Source: an uncultured Collinsella sp.
GTDB taxonomy: Bacteria; Actinomycetota; Coriobacteriia; Coriobacteriales; Coriobacteriaceae
Length of the DNA: 64,000 nt
Direction: 5' to 3'
Assembly (NCBI GenBank): GCA_900552895.1
Contig: USBK01000003.1
Coordinates: 3,867-67,866 of the forward strand
Part shown: positions 32,948-42,481 of the stretch, in pieces
Layout of the letters: each line of letters begins with the position of its first letter
Position numbering within the stretch: position 1 is the stretch's first letter
Notes under the pieces: generated by a model
What the model saw: the letters and a program-made list of their open reading frames with translations, nothing else
Database searches by the model: none
Told to the model about the DNA's origin: nothing
Program-made: the position numbers and the translations under genes

Positions 32948-34777
32948 GTGCGCAATCTCAAGATTCTGTTTTCCTATCTGGGGGCATACCGCCGCGATGC
33001 CATACTCGGCGTGCTCTTTGTGACGGCCGAAACGGCGCTCGAGCTGTTTATCCCGGTCATCATGGCAAATATCATCGATGTGGGCGTGCCCGCGGGCGAC
33101 ATCAACTATATGCTGTTGCAGGGCACGTATATGTTGATATGCGCCGCATGTTCGCTGGTACTTGGCTTGGGCTATGCGCGCACGTCTGCCCGCGTTGCCT
33201 CGGGGCTGGGCGCTAACCTGCGCGAGGCGGAGTATCGCAAGATTCAGACGCTCGCCTTTGGCAATCTGGACAACTACGATGCCAGCTCGCTCGTCACGCG
33301 CATGACCACCGATATCACCGTCATCCAAAACGCCATCGGCAACGGCTTTCGCCCCATGGTGCGCGGCCCCGTGACGCTCATCGTCGGCTTGGTCTATGCG
33401 CTGGTGCTGTCGCGTCCGCTCGCCACCGTTTTCGCGATCATCCTGCCGGTGCTGGCGATCGTGCTGGGCGTTATCACCTATCGCGTCAGTCCGCTCTACC
33501 GCCAGCTGCAGACCTCGATGGACCATCTCAACGGTGTGGTGCAGGAGGACCTCACCGCCGTGCGCGCCGTCAAGGCGTACGTGCGTGCCGAGCACGAGGA
33601 GGCCAAGTTCGACGCCGTCAATACCGAGCTCGCGCATACGGCGACGAAGACCTTCGGCAACGCCGTGCTCAACCTGCCGGTGTTCCAACTCTCGATGTAC
33701 GTGGCTGCGCTCTCGATCCTGTGGATTGGCGGCCGCATGATCATCGAAGGTCGCTTGGGCGTGGGCTCGCTCACGGGCTTTATGAGCTACGTGCCGCTGA
33801 TCATGAACTCGCTCATGATGATTTCCAACGTGTTTTTGCTGCTCACCCGCGCACTTGCCAGCGTGGAGCGCATCTCGCGGGTGCTCGACGAGCGTTCGCT
33901 TATTCAAGCGCCCGACGCTGCCGCTGCCGTGCACGAGGTGGCCGACGGAGGCATCGAGTTTCGCGACGTGTCGTTTAAGTACCGCGCGGATGCTGCCGAG
34001 GATGTGCTCGAGCATATTGACCTTTGCATTGAGGCGGGCTCCACGGTGGGCGTGCTCGGCGGCACGGGCTCGGGCAAGAGTTCGCTTGTGCAGCTGATCG
34101 CGCGCCTGTACGACGCCACCGAAGGCGCCGTACTCGTGGGCGGGCGCGATGTGCGCGATTACGACCTGGTTGCCCTGCGCGACGCCGTGGGTATCGTGCT
34201 GCAAAAGAACGTGCTGTTTACGGGTACCGTGCGCGAGAACCTGCAGTGGGGCGCGCCCGATGCCACCGACGAGGAGCTCCTGCGTGCCTGCCGGGCGGCG
34301 TGCGTGGACGAGTTCCTTGATCGCATCGGCGGGCTGGACGGCGAGTTGGGCCAAGGCGGTGCCGGTGTCTCGGGCGGACAAAAACAGCGTCTGTGCATCG
34401 CGCGTACGTTGCTCAAACATCCGCGTGTGCTCATCTTTGACGATTCGACCAGCGCGGTCGATATGGCGACCGACGCCAAGATCCGCGAGCATATAGCTCG
34501 GATTCCCAACACGACGGTGATTGTCATCGCCCAGCGCATCGCGAGTGTCATGGATGCCGATCGCATTGTGGTGTTGGACGACGGTCGTGTCCACGGCGTG
34601 GGCACGCACGAGGAACTGCTGGCGGGCGACAACATCTACCAGGAGATTTATGCCTCGCAGATGGAGTTTGCGGGGAACGCAGACACCGGCGACGGCTGCG
34701 ACGATGGCTGCGCGAACGATCCGTTTTCCTCCGTCCCCAGCGAATCGCCCTTGGAAGGGGGTGAGCGCCATGCCTAA
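32948..34777 (+). CDS. ABC exporter ATP-binding/permease (heterodimer, degenerate-site partner)
   Basis: TM domain, GGTGSGKS, VSGGQKQR, IFDDSTSAVD, IAQR. Confidence 0.93.
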   Translation: MRNLKILFSYLGAYRRDAILGVLFVTAETALELFIPVIMANIIDVGVPAGDINYMLLQGTYMLICAACSLVLGLGYARTSARVASGLGANLREAEYRKIQTLAFGNLDNYDASSLVTRMTTDITVIQNAIGNGFRPMVRGPVTLIVGLVYALVLSRPLATVFAIILPVLAIVLGVITYRVSPLYRQLQTSMDHLNGVVQEDLTAVRAVKAYVRAEHEEAKFDAVNTELAHTATKTFGNAVLNLPVFQLSMYVAALSILWIGGRMIIEGRLGVGSLTGFMSYVPLIMNSLMMISNVFLLLTRALASVERISRVLDERSLIQAPDAAAAVHEVADGGIEFRDVSFKYRADAAEDVLEHIDLCIEAGSTVGVLGGTGSGKSSLVQLIARLYDATEGAVLVGGRDVRDYDLVALRDAVGIVLQKNVLFTGTVRENLQWGAPDATDEELLRACRAACVDEFLDRIGGLDGELGQGGAGVSGGQKQRLCIARTLLKHPRVLIFDDSTSAVDMATDAKIREHIARIPNTTVIVIAQRIASVMDADRIVVLDDGRVHGVGTHEELLAGDNIYQEIYASQMEFAGNADTGDGCDDGCANDPFSSVPSESPLEGGERHA

Positions 34778-36668
34778 GACCGCAGCCCAAGCACGCCCGG
34801 CCGATCTCAAGCGCACTGTGCGCCGCTTGCTTTCCTACATGGGGCATGCCAAGTTCTCGTTGCTCGCGGTGGGCGTGCTCGCCTCCGTCGCCGCCATCGC
34901 GAGCCTCGCCGGCACCTACATGGTGCGCCCCATCGTTAACGGTTTGGCCACGGGCGGGGAGGAACTGCTTGCCAAGCAGGTCATCCTGACGGCGATCATC
35001 TACGCCGCGGGCGTGCTCTCGGCCCTGGGTTACTCGCAGATTATGGTGCGCGCGGCCCAGCGCGTGGTTTCCGATATCCGCCGCGACCTGTTCGCGCACA
35101 TCCAGACGCTGCCGCTCAGCTATTTTGACAGCACGCGCTCGGGCGACATCATGAGCTTTTTCACCAACGACGTCGACACCGTCTCCGAGGCGCTCAACAA
35201 CAGCTTTGCCAACGTGATCCAGGCCGCCATTCAGGTTGTGGGCACCACGGCCATGCTCATCATTCTTAACTGGCAGCTCACGATTATCACGCTCGTGTGC
35301 GATGCGGCCATTGTGCTGTATGCGCGCTACTCGGGCGCGCGCTCTAAGCGCTTCTTTGCTGCCCAGCAGGCATCGCTTGGCGACCTGGACGGATATATCG
35401 AAGAGATGGTCTCGGGCCAAAAGGTCATCAAGGTCTTTAATCACGAACAGGCCAACGTGGCTGGTTTTGACGCGCGCAACCAAGAGCTGCGCCGCACCGG
35501 TGGTGCCGCGCAGGCCTACGCCAACTCGATGGTGCCCATGACCGTGGTGATCGGATATGCCAACTACGCCATCGTTGCGGTGGCAGGCGGCATGCTCTGC
35601 ATCAAGGGGCTCGCCGACGTGGGCGCGCTTGCAAGTTACCTGGTCTTTGTGCGTCAGGCCGCCATGCCCATCAACCAGTTCACGCAGCTGGGCAACTTTT
35701 TGCTCAACGCGCTGGCCGGTGCCGAGCGCCTATTTGCCGCCATGGACCTTAAGCCCGAGGTAGACGAGGGCTGCGTGGAGCTGGTGCAGACGGGCGACGC
35801 CGCGTGGGCATGGAAGATTCCCGAGGGCCAGGGCGTGGGCGCGTACGGGCACCTGCATGATGTGGCTGCCGTTGATGAGTCGGGCCGTGCGGTGGCTGCC
35901 GACGGCACCGAGCTCACGTGCGGCTTGGTCCCACTTGCCGGCGACGTGCGCTTCCATGCCGTGGACTTTTCCTACGTGCCAGGCACCCGTGTGCTCACGG
36001 ATCTCAACCTGTTTGCCAAGCCGGGCCAAAAGATCGCCTTTGTGGGCTCCACAGGCGCAGGTAAGACGACCATCACCAACCTCATCAACCGCTTCTACGA
36101 GGTCGATGACGGCGAGATCACGTACGACGGCATTGACGTCAAGCACATTGCCAAGGCCAGCCTGCGCGGGTCGCTCGGCATTGTGCTGCAGGACACGCAC
36201 CTGTTTAGCGGCACCATTGCGCAGAACATCCGCTTTGGCAAGCTCGATGCGACCGACGAGGAAGTGCGCGCCGCTGCCGAGGCAGCCTGCGCCGACTCGT
36301 TTATCCGTCGCCTGCCTAGAGGGTACGATACACCGGTCACGGCCGACGGCGCCAACCTGTCGCAGGGCCAGCGCCAGCTGCTCGCCATCGCGCGCGTGGC
36401 CGTCGCCGATCCGCCGGTGCTCATCCTGGACGAGGCCACGAGCTCCATCGACACGCGCACCGAAAAGCTCATCGAGCGCGGTATGGACCGCATCATGCGC
36501 GGGCGCACCACGTTTATGATTGCGCACCGCCTGTCCACCGTCCGCGACGCCGATGCCATCATGGTCCTCGAACACGGCCGCATCATCGAGCGCGGCACCC
36601 ACGAAGAGCTGCTCGCCCAGCACGGCGAGTACTGGCAGCTGGCGCATGGCTTAAAAGAGTTGGATTAA
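34770..36668 (+). CDS. ABC exporter ATP-binding/permease (heterodimer partner)
   Basis: GSTGAGKT, LSQGQRQ, ILDEATSSID, IAHRLST; start MPKT overlaps the upstream stop. Confidence 0.93.
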   Translation: MPKTAAQARPADLKRTVRRLLSYMGHAKFSLLAVGVLASVAAIASLAGTYMVRPIVNGLATGGEELLAKQVILTAIIYAAGVLSALGYSQIMVRAAQRVVSDIRRDLFAHIQTLPLSYFDSTRSGDIMSFFTNDVDTVSEALNNSFANVIQAAIQVVGTTAMLIILNWQLTIITLVCDAAIVLYARYSGARSKRFFAAQQASLGDLDGYIEEMVSGQKVIKVFNHEQANVAGFDARNQELRRTGGAAQAYANSMVPMTVVIGYANYAIVAVAGGMLCIKGLADVGALASYLVFVRQAAMPINQFTQLGNFLLNALAGAERLFAAMDLKPEVDEGCVELVQTGDAAWAWKIPEGQGVGAYGHLHDVAAVDESGRAVAADGTELTCGLVPLAGDVRFHAVDFSYVPGTRVLTDLNLFAKPGQKIAFVGSTGAGKTTITNLINRFYEVDDGEITYDGIDVKHIAKASLRGSLGIVLQDTHLFSGTIAQNIRFGKLDATDEEVRAAAEAACADSFIRRLPRGYDTPVTADGANLSQGQRQLLAIARVAVADPPVLILDEATSSIDTRTEKLIERGMDRIMRGRTTFMIAHRLSTVRDADAIMVLEHGRIIERGTHEELLAQHGEYWQLAHGLKELD

Positions 36669-36717
36669 CCCGTTCGAGCACGATGCTTTGACCTCTCCGT
36701 GCTCTTCACCTCGCCTC

Positions 36718-36782
36718 AAACCATCACAACATTCGACGTTTTTTGCCAAAAACGGGAAAAGCATCGAATGTTGCGATGGTTT
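36718..36782. repeat. Family A palindrome, copy 1
   Basis: AAACCATCACAACATTCGA - 27-nt loop - TCGAATGTTGCGATGGTTT. Confidence 0.92.
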
Positions 36783-36883
36783 TTCTACCACTCGATCGGG
36801 CGGAATCGCTTTCTTGCGCACGAAGGTGTGCGGACCCGTGGGCAGGGGAATAAGGTTGGTTATCCGACTCCATTGGAGGGCTC

Positions 36884-37921
36884 ATGGACCTGCCGATCGT
36901 CCTGTCCCATAAGACTGCCTGGCTGTACCACAACGTGGCGCGCCCGTCCGAGCCGCTCTCGCGAGCAAGCAGCCTATACGATGAGGACTCGCTTGCTAGC
37001 GAGGCGGAGCCGACTGCGGACCTGCCCAAATTGGGGCTCGATGCCAAGGGGCTGAGGGCTTCAACGGCAGCCGGGATTGTTACCGACCATCTGGTTTCGC
37101 TTGGTATTCCACGGGAAGAGCTCGATCATATCGACACGCTCGTCAACTTCGATTTTGAGCGCTCGACGCCGGCTGGATTTAGGTGCCACGTGTTTGGGGT
37201 GCCGGTACCTCCAGGCCATCTTATCGAGGTGGCAGAGGGCCTTCTAGTGGTTGATGAGGTCATGTGTTTTGTCCAAGCGGGTTCGTGGATGAGTGAGCCC
37301 GAGCAGCTGGAATATGGCTACGAAATCTGTGCCCGATACCATTTGAATCATCTGTCGACGGACGATTATGTCGAGATGGGGCAGAGGTATACCGTTGCCG
37401 ACTTGATTGCTTATTGCAATGAGAACCGATCTCGTCAGGGGGCCATACGCGCGGCCGCCGTGCTCAAGCGCGTGCACGATGGCGCGCGGTCGCCCATGGA
37501 GACGGCCACCGCAATCATGGTCGTAGCAAAACGTTCCCAGGGAGGGCTGGGATACGCCAAGATCGAGCTCAACCATCGGGTCGATGTTCCCAACGAGTTC
37601 AAGTATCTCGCTAAGGCCGGGTATTTCGAGATCGACGTATATGCGCCTGCGAGCGGTACGGGGATTGAATACAACGGCTCGGACCATCTTGATAAACAAC
37701 GCAGCGCGTCGGATGCGGAGCGTATGACCGTGCTGAGCGCGCTGGGCTTTAGGATGATCGTCCTCACCGGGACTCAGTTTGCCCACCAGCTGCAATTGCA
37801 CCGGGCGATGAACGCCATCGCGCTCGCTATGGGCCTTAAGTGCGACCGAAGCGAAGCGTTCCAGAAACGTCAGAACGACCTGCGAGAATTCGTGATTCGG
37901 CACTGGGACGGCGGCCTTTAG
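36884..37921 (+). CDS. Hypothetical protein with probable C-terminal PD-(D/E)XK (DUF559/Vsr-like) nuclease-like domain
   Basis: LSHKTAW N-terminus, GARSPMET, ELNHRV, FEIDVY...GIEYNGSDH...DAERMTVL...GFRMIVLT; RBS GGAGG. Confidence 0.65.
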   Translation: MDLPIVLSHKTAWLYHNVARPSEPLSRASSLYDEDSLASEAEPTADLPKLGLDAKGLRASTAAGIVTDHLVSLGIPREELDHIDTLVNFDFERSTPAGFRCHVFGVPVPPGHLIEVAEGLLVVDEVMCFVQAGSWMSEPEQLEYGYEICARYHLNHLSTDDYVEMGQRYTVADLIAYCNENRSRQGAIRAAAVLKRVHDGARSPMETATAIMVVAKRSQGGLGYAKIELNHRVDVPNEFKYLAKAGYFEIDVYAPASGTGIEYNGSDHLDKQRSASDAERMTVLSALGFRMIVLTGTQFAHQLQLHRAMNAIALAMGLKCDRSEAFQKRQNDLREFVIRHWDGGL

Positions 37922-37959
37922 GGGCGCTTTGGTCCTTCTGCGGGGCGCTGCGGGCAGGC

Positions 37960-38022
37960 AAACCATCACAACATTCGACGTTTTTTGCCAAAAACGGGAA
38001 AAACATCGAATGTTGTGATGGT
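37960..38022. repeat. Family A palindrome, copy 2
   Basis: Near-identical to copy 1 including the loop CGTTTTTTGCCAAAAACGGGAAAA(A/G)CA. Confidence 0.92.
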
Positions 38023-38154
38023 CTGTGCTGAGGATGGGCTTGGAAAGTCCGTTTTGCTCGAAGCGACCTGTCCTGTCGTACGGGTGTCGGCATGATTCTC
38101 CCGTGGGGTATTATGTTTTCCGAAGAATAAAACGCCGCGTGAGGGGAGGGCTGC

Positions 38155-39210
38155 GTGGACGGGCGCGTGCAACATGACGGCTTTGGCCGCGATATCAACT
38201 ACCTGCGCATTGCCGTTACCGACAAGTGCAATTTCCGCTGCATTTACTGCATGCCGGCCGATGGCGTGGCGCCCCGCGCGCACGACGAGCTGCTCAGCGC
38301 CGAGGAAATCGCCCGCTTTGTGCGCTTGGTGGCGGGGGAGGGCATTCGTCGCGTACGCCTGACGGGCGGCGAGCCGCTGGTCAGCCGCCGCATCATCCCG
38401 CTCATTCGCGACATCCGCGCGATTCCGCAGATCGAGGACATCTCGCTTACCACCAACGGCGCCTTGCTGCCCAAGCTGGCACCGCAGCTCAAAGATGCCG
38501 GCCTTAACCGCGTCAACATTTCGCTCGACACGCTCGACCCTACGCTCTTTCAAAAGATCACGCGTCTAGGTCGACTCGAACAGACCATGGCCGGCATCGA
38601 CGCGGCGCTGGCTTGGGGCTTTGAGCCCGTTAAGGTCAACTGCGTTGTGGTGCGCCGGCTCAACCAGGATGTGGCGGCCCTTGCGCGGCTGACCGTCGAC
38701 CGCCCCATCCACCTGCGCTTTATCGAATACATGCCCATCGGCGACGAGCGCACGAGTTCGCATTGTGCCGTAGACCCGCATGCGCCCGCGCTCAATCCGG
38801 CGCTGTGGGATGCGAGTGACACCGTGCCGAGCGACGAGCTGCGGGCGCGCATCAATGCCGGGGCCGCTGCGACGGGACTGGGCGAGCTCGAGCCGCTCGA
38901 CATCAACGACGCTCCTGCCGGCGCGGGTCCTGCGCGCTATTGGCGCTTTCCGGGCGCGGCGGGAACGGTTGGCTTTATTAGCGCCATGTCCAACCATTTT
39001 TGTGCGAATTGCAACCGTCTGCGCCTGACGGCCGATGGCAACGTGCGTCCGTGCTTGTTTAGCGATGCCGAGTATTCGGTGCGTGAGGCGCTGCGTCGTG
39101 GTGATGATATGCAGGTACTTTCGATTTGGCGCGATGCCGTGGCCCACAAACCGCAGGAACACGCGATAATTGAGGGCACGCAACGATTTATGTCCCAAAT
39201 CGGAGGATGA
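38155..39210 (+). CDS. moaA: GTP 3',8-cyclase
   Basis: YLRIAVTDKCNFRCIYCM, FCANCNRLRLTADG, C-terminal MSQIGG. Confidence 0.97.
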   Translation: MDGRVQHDGFGRDINYLRIAVTDKCNFRCIYCMPADGVAPRAHDELLSAEEIARFVRLVAGEGIRRVRLTGGEPLVSRRIIPLIRDIRAIPQIEDISLTTNGALLPKLAPQLKDAGLNRVNISLDTLDPTLFQKITRLGRLEQTMAGIDAALAWGFEPVKVNCVVVRRLNQDVAALARLTVDRPIHLRFIEYMPIGDERTSSHCAVDPHAPALNPALWDASDTVPSDELRARINAGAAATGLGELEPLDINDAPAGAGPARYWRFPGAAGTVGFISAMSNHFCANCNRLRLTADGNVRPCLFSDAEYSVREALRRGDDMQVLSIWRDAVAHKPQEHAIIEGTQRFMSQIGG

Positions 39211-39214
39211 TCAT

Positions 39215-40513
39215 ATGGCCAAGAGCAGGTACGCCGATGCCACCAAGGCCGCTCGAAGGGCCGCGATGTCTGCCCACAAAGCCACGGCTGCTGCCGGCGA
39301 TGCCGCCGCGGCAGCGCAGCCGACTGCCAGCGCTGCCACCGAGCCCGCCCGCGACGCCCGTCGCGACGAGCTGACGCACGTGGACGCCAAGGGCGAGGTG
39401 CGCATGGCCGACGTGTCCGACAAGGCCGAGACCCATCGCATCGCCATCGCCGAGGGCACCATCCTCATGCATCCCGAGACGCAGGCCATGGTGCTGCAGG
39501 ACCGCGCCAAAAAGGGCGATGTGCTTGCCTGCGCGCGCGTGGCGGGCATCATGGCCATCAAGCGCACGAGTGACATCATCCCCATGTGCCATCCGCTGCT
39601 CATTACCAAGAGCAAGTGCGACATTGCGCCCATCGCTCCGGCGGGGACGCCGGCCGAGGACATGCCCGAGGGCTGGGCGCCGGCGCGCGCAGACGGGCAG
39701 GTTGGCTTTCACGTACTGGTTACGGCCGGCGTGACGGGCAAGACGGGTATCGAGATGGAGGCGTTGACCGGCGCGAGTGCCGCGTGTCTGACCATCTACG
39801 ACATGTGCAAGGCCGTCGATCGCGGCATGGAGATCGTCGACGTGCGCCTGCTGCACAAGGAGGGCGGCCGCTCGGGTGTGTGGGACCGCGCAGAGCGTCA
39901 GGCCACTGCCGTTGAGGCCGTGGCCGCTGACGGTGCCGCGCCCGCAAGCGCATCCGTCGCCGTCGCGCCCGCGGCTCCGACACCGGCCGTCCCCGCGATC
40001 GCGTTTATCGGCTACCAAAACTCGGGCAAGACCACGCTCGTCGAGAAGGTCATCGCCGAGCTCACCCGCCGCGGCCTGCGCGTGGGTTCGCTCAAGCATC
40101 ATGGGCACCACGGCTTTGATATCGATGTACCCGCTAAGGACACCTGGCGCCATCACCAGGCCGGCTCCAAGCACGTGGGCCTCATCTGCGCCACGCGCTG
40201 GGCGGAGTACGCCGACACGCGCGAGGAGGACGAGATGCCCGCGCGCGAGCTGCTGTCGCGCTACAACGATGTCGACGTGGTGATCATCGAGGGCTACAAG
40301 ACCGAGGGCTTCGACAACATCGTCGTCGCGCGCTCCGGTGTCGACCGTCTGCGCGGCAAGAGCTCGCTCGACCTGGTCGACGGTCACACGCTGGCCCTTG
40401 CCTGCAACGAGGCCCTGGCGCGCCAGGCATTCGACGCCGGCTTTGCGACCCGAGCCATCAACATCAACGACGCCCGAGCCATCTGCGACCTGATCCAAGA
40501 CCATCTGGCCTAA
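39215..40513 (+). CDS. moaC: MoaC-MobB fusion protein
   Basis: LTHVD...MADVSDK, IPMCHPL, TGIEMEALTG; Ala/Pro linker; then GYQNSGKTT, KHHGH..FDID, IIEGYK (MobB). Confidence 0.9.
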   Translation: MAKSRYADATKAARRAAMSAHKATAAAGDAAAAAQPTASAATEPARDARRDELTHVDAKGEVRMADVSDKAETHRIAIAEGTILMHPETQAMVLQDRAKKGDVLACARVAGIMAIKRTSDIIPMCHPLLITKSKCDIAPIAPAGTPAEDMPEGWAPARADGQVGFHVLVTAGVTGKTGIEMEALTGASAACLTIYDMCKAVDRGMEIVDVRLLHKEGGRSGVWDRAERQATAVEAVAADGAAPASASVAVAPAAPTPAVPAIAFIGYQNSGKTTLVEKVIAELTRRGLRVGSLKHHGHHGFDIDVPAKDTWRHHQAGSKHVGLICATRWAEYADTREEDEMPARELLSRYNDVDVVIIEGYKTEGFDNIVVARSGVDRLRGKSSLDLVDGHTLALACNEALARQAFDAGFATRAININDARAICDLIQDHLA

Positions 40514-40604
40514 AACCTGCCAAAAAGGGACAGGTTTGTTTTGGCAGGTTTTATCTGGGCAAACGCCATTTCCACCACAAAGGGGTCAGGCACCTTTGTG
40601 GTGG
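40512..40604. repeat. Two adjacent GGG(A/T)CAGG-core palindromes (40512-40552 and family B 40572-40604)
   Basis: AAAACCTGCCAAAA-AGGGACAGGTTTG-TTTTGGCAGGTTTT; CCACCACAAAGG-GGTCAGGCA-CCTTTGTGGTGG. Confidence 0.85.
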
Positions 40605-40684
40605 TTTTTGCCAAAGAGGCTTTGACTTAAACCTACCTCAAGGTGCAATAATCGCTGACAAACGATTGCGATTACGGAGGTCTC

Positions 40685-41269
40685 ATGCCAAAACTGTACT
40701 TTATGCGTCACGGTCAAACGCTCTTTAACCTGCTTCGCCGCAAGCAGGGTTGGTGCGACTCGCCGCTTACCGAGCTGGGGATCGAGCAGGCTAAAACTGT
40801 CGGTGCGACCCTGCGAGGGCGTGGCCTTACGTTTGACCATGCGTACAGTTCGACGTCCGAGCGTGCGTGCGACACGCTTGAACTTGCGTTTCCCGGTCAG
40901 CCTTACGAGCGCGTCAAGGGCCTTAAGGAGTGGAACTTTGGCAAGTTTGAGGGCGCGAGCGAGGATTTGAATCCGCGCCTGCCGTACGGCGATTTTTACA
41001 AGCAGTATGACGGCGAGGGCGAAGACGAGTTTCGCGAGCGCATCATGGCGACCATCACCGAGCTCATGCAGCGCCCTGGGCATGAGAGCGTGCTATGCGT
41101 GAGCCATGGCGCCGCAGCGGCTCAGGTTATGCGCGGCGTGGGCGTGGAGCCGCTCAAGATGAAGAACCGCATCGGCAACTGCTGCGTGCTCGAACTCGAC
41201 TTTAATCCTGCCACCAGCACATTCGCTCTCGCAGATCTGTACAACCCCTACGGCACCCCGCGCGAGTAG
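40685..41269 (+). CDS. Histidine phosphatase family protein
   Basis: LYFMRHGQT, KEWNFG, VSHG. Confidence 0.92.
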   Translation: MPKLYFMRHGQTLFNLLRRKQGWCDSPLTELGIEQAKTVGATLRGRGLTFDHAYSSTSERACDTLELAFPGQPYERVKGLKEWNFGKFEGASEDLNPRLPYGDFYKQYDGEGEDEFRERIMATITELMQRPGHESVLCVSHGAAAAQVMRGVGVEPLKMKNRIGNCCVLELDFNPATSTFALADLYNPYGTPRE

Positions 41270-41285
41270 CATCGGGGCATCAGCC

Positions 41286-41326
41286 AAAACCACCGCAAAG
41301 GGGCCAGGCACCTTTGCGGTGGTTTT
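41286..41326. repeat. Family B palindrome
   Basis: AAAACCACCGCAAAGG-GGCCAGGCA-CCTTTGCGGTGGTTTT. Confidence 0.88.
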
Positions 41327-41422
41327 GCCGTTTACAGGCTATTTCCTACCGTTCGGCGGACTTTCGCGCCAATGGGGCTTACGCTGCATACAAGTTTCAT
41401 CCTACAATCGCCCACGTGCTCA

Positions 41423-41516
41423 CAAGTTTGTTACTCCTCGGGAGGCATCACTTGCGCATAATAGAAGACGAGGAATATCGCCCCGTCGTCTAGCGCCGAT
41501 GTCCGAGGAGTTTTTT
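41423..41516 (+). promoter_or_regulatory. RAT antiterminator overlapping a terminator (BglG/LicT attenuator)
   Basis: RAT-like CAAGTTTGTTACTCCTCGGGAGGCATCACTTG; ACTCCTCGG (41433) pairs with CCGAGGAGT (41503), followed by a T run. Confidence 0.75.
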
Positions 41517-41517
41517 C

Positions 41518-42363
41518 ATGCTCATTTTAAAGAAGATCAACAATAACGTTGCTCTTGCCGCCAGCGATGACGGCCGAGAGGTTGTTGTCTTTGGCAAGGG
41601 CATCGGTTTTCACGAGATGCCCTACGAGCTTGCCGATGAGTCCCTTATCCAGCGCAAATTCTATAACGTTCCCGAGAGCCTGCAGGATATGGTCGGCACC
41701 CTTCCCGACGATGTGCTGCTCGCGGCAAGCGACATTGCCTGTTTTGCGTCCCAGCAGCTTGGCTGCAAGCTATCCGGTGGCCTGCCCTTTATCCTGGCTG
41801 ATCACCTGCAGTTTGCCGTCCAGCGCGACGACGACCAGCTCAGCGCTCCCAACCCGCTCGAGCACGAGGTGGCCTTCATCTACCCGCGCGAGCTCGAGAT
41901 CGGCCAGGCCGCGCTCGCCATCGTGCAAAAGCGCACCGGCGCCAAGCTGGGCCAGAACGAGGCCACGAGCATCGCGCTCCATATCGTCAACGCCGAGGTC
42001 GACGGCATGGGCCGCGCCAAGGATATGGACTTCATCATGAAGAGCACCCGCGTGCTCGACGAGGTCACCCATTCCGTGGAAAAGCAGCTCGGCTGCTCGC
42101 TCGACACGGCATCGTATAATTACATCCGCTTTCTTGCGCACCTGCGCTTTTTGGTTCGCCGCCTCGTTAAGGGCAAGTGCACGCAGACCGAGAACTCCTC
42201 GCTGTTTATGCAGGCCGCCCGCGATTTTCCCGAGGCCTACCAGTGCGCATACGCCATCAACCGCGTGTTCGAGAAAGAGTTCAAGCAGAGCTGCTCGGAC
42301 GAGGAACTCTTGTATCTGATGATGCATATCAATCGTCTGCGATCGGCTTCGCAGACCGAATGA
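41518..42363 (+). CDS. BglG/LicT-family transcriptional antiterminator
   Basis: KKINNNV...VVFGKGIGF CAT domain; four PRD histidines (LADHL, IALHI, LAHLR, MMHIN). Confidence 0.93.
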   Translation: MLILKKINNNVALAASDDGREVVVFGKGIGFHEMPYELADESLIQRKFYNVPESLQDMVGTLPDDVLLAASDIACFASQQLGCKLSGGLPFILADHLQFAVQRDDDQLSAPNPLEHEVAFIYPRELEIGQAALAIVQKRTGAKLGQNEATSIALHIVNAEVDGMGRAKDMDFIMKSTRVLDEVTHSVEKQLGCSLDTASYNYIRFLAHLRFLVRRLVKGKCTQTENSSLFMQAARDFPEAYQCAYAINRVFEKEFKQSCSDEELLYLMMHINRLRSASQTE

Positions 42364-42481
42364 GTAAAGCCGCCAGCCTGGCGGCAATCGCAACAATTCT
42401 TTTTGGTTTCTAACTGCGGGCAAGGTACCGGCTCGCGGTAGGGGATATTTTTGTCGAAATTTGGAAAAGAGAGGACAGATC

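Noticed and set aside
38023..38154. Moco riboswitch upstream of moaA
   Set aside because: No recognisable motif in the short leader.
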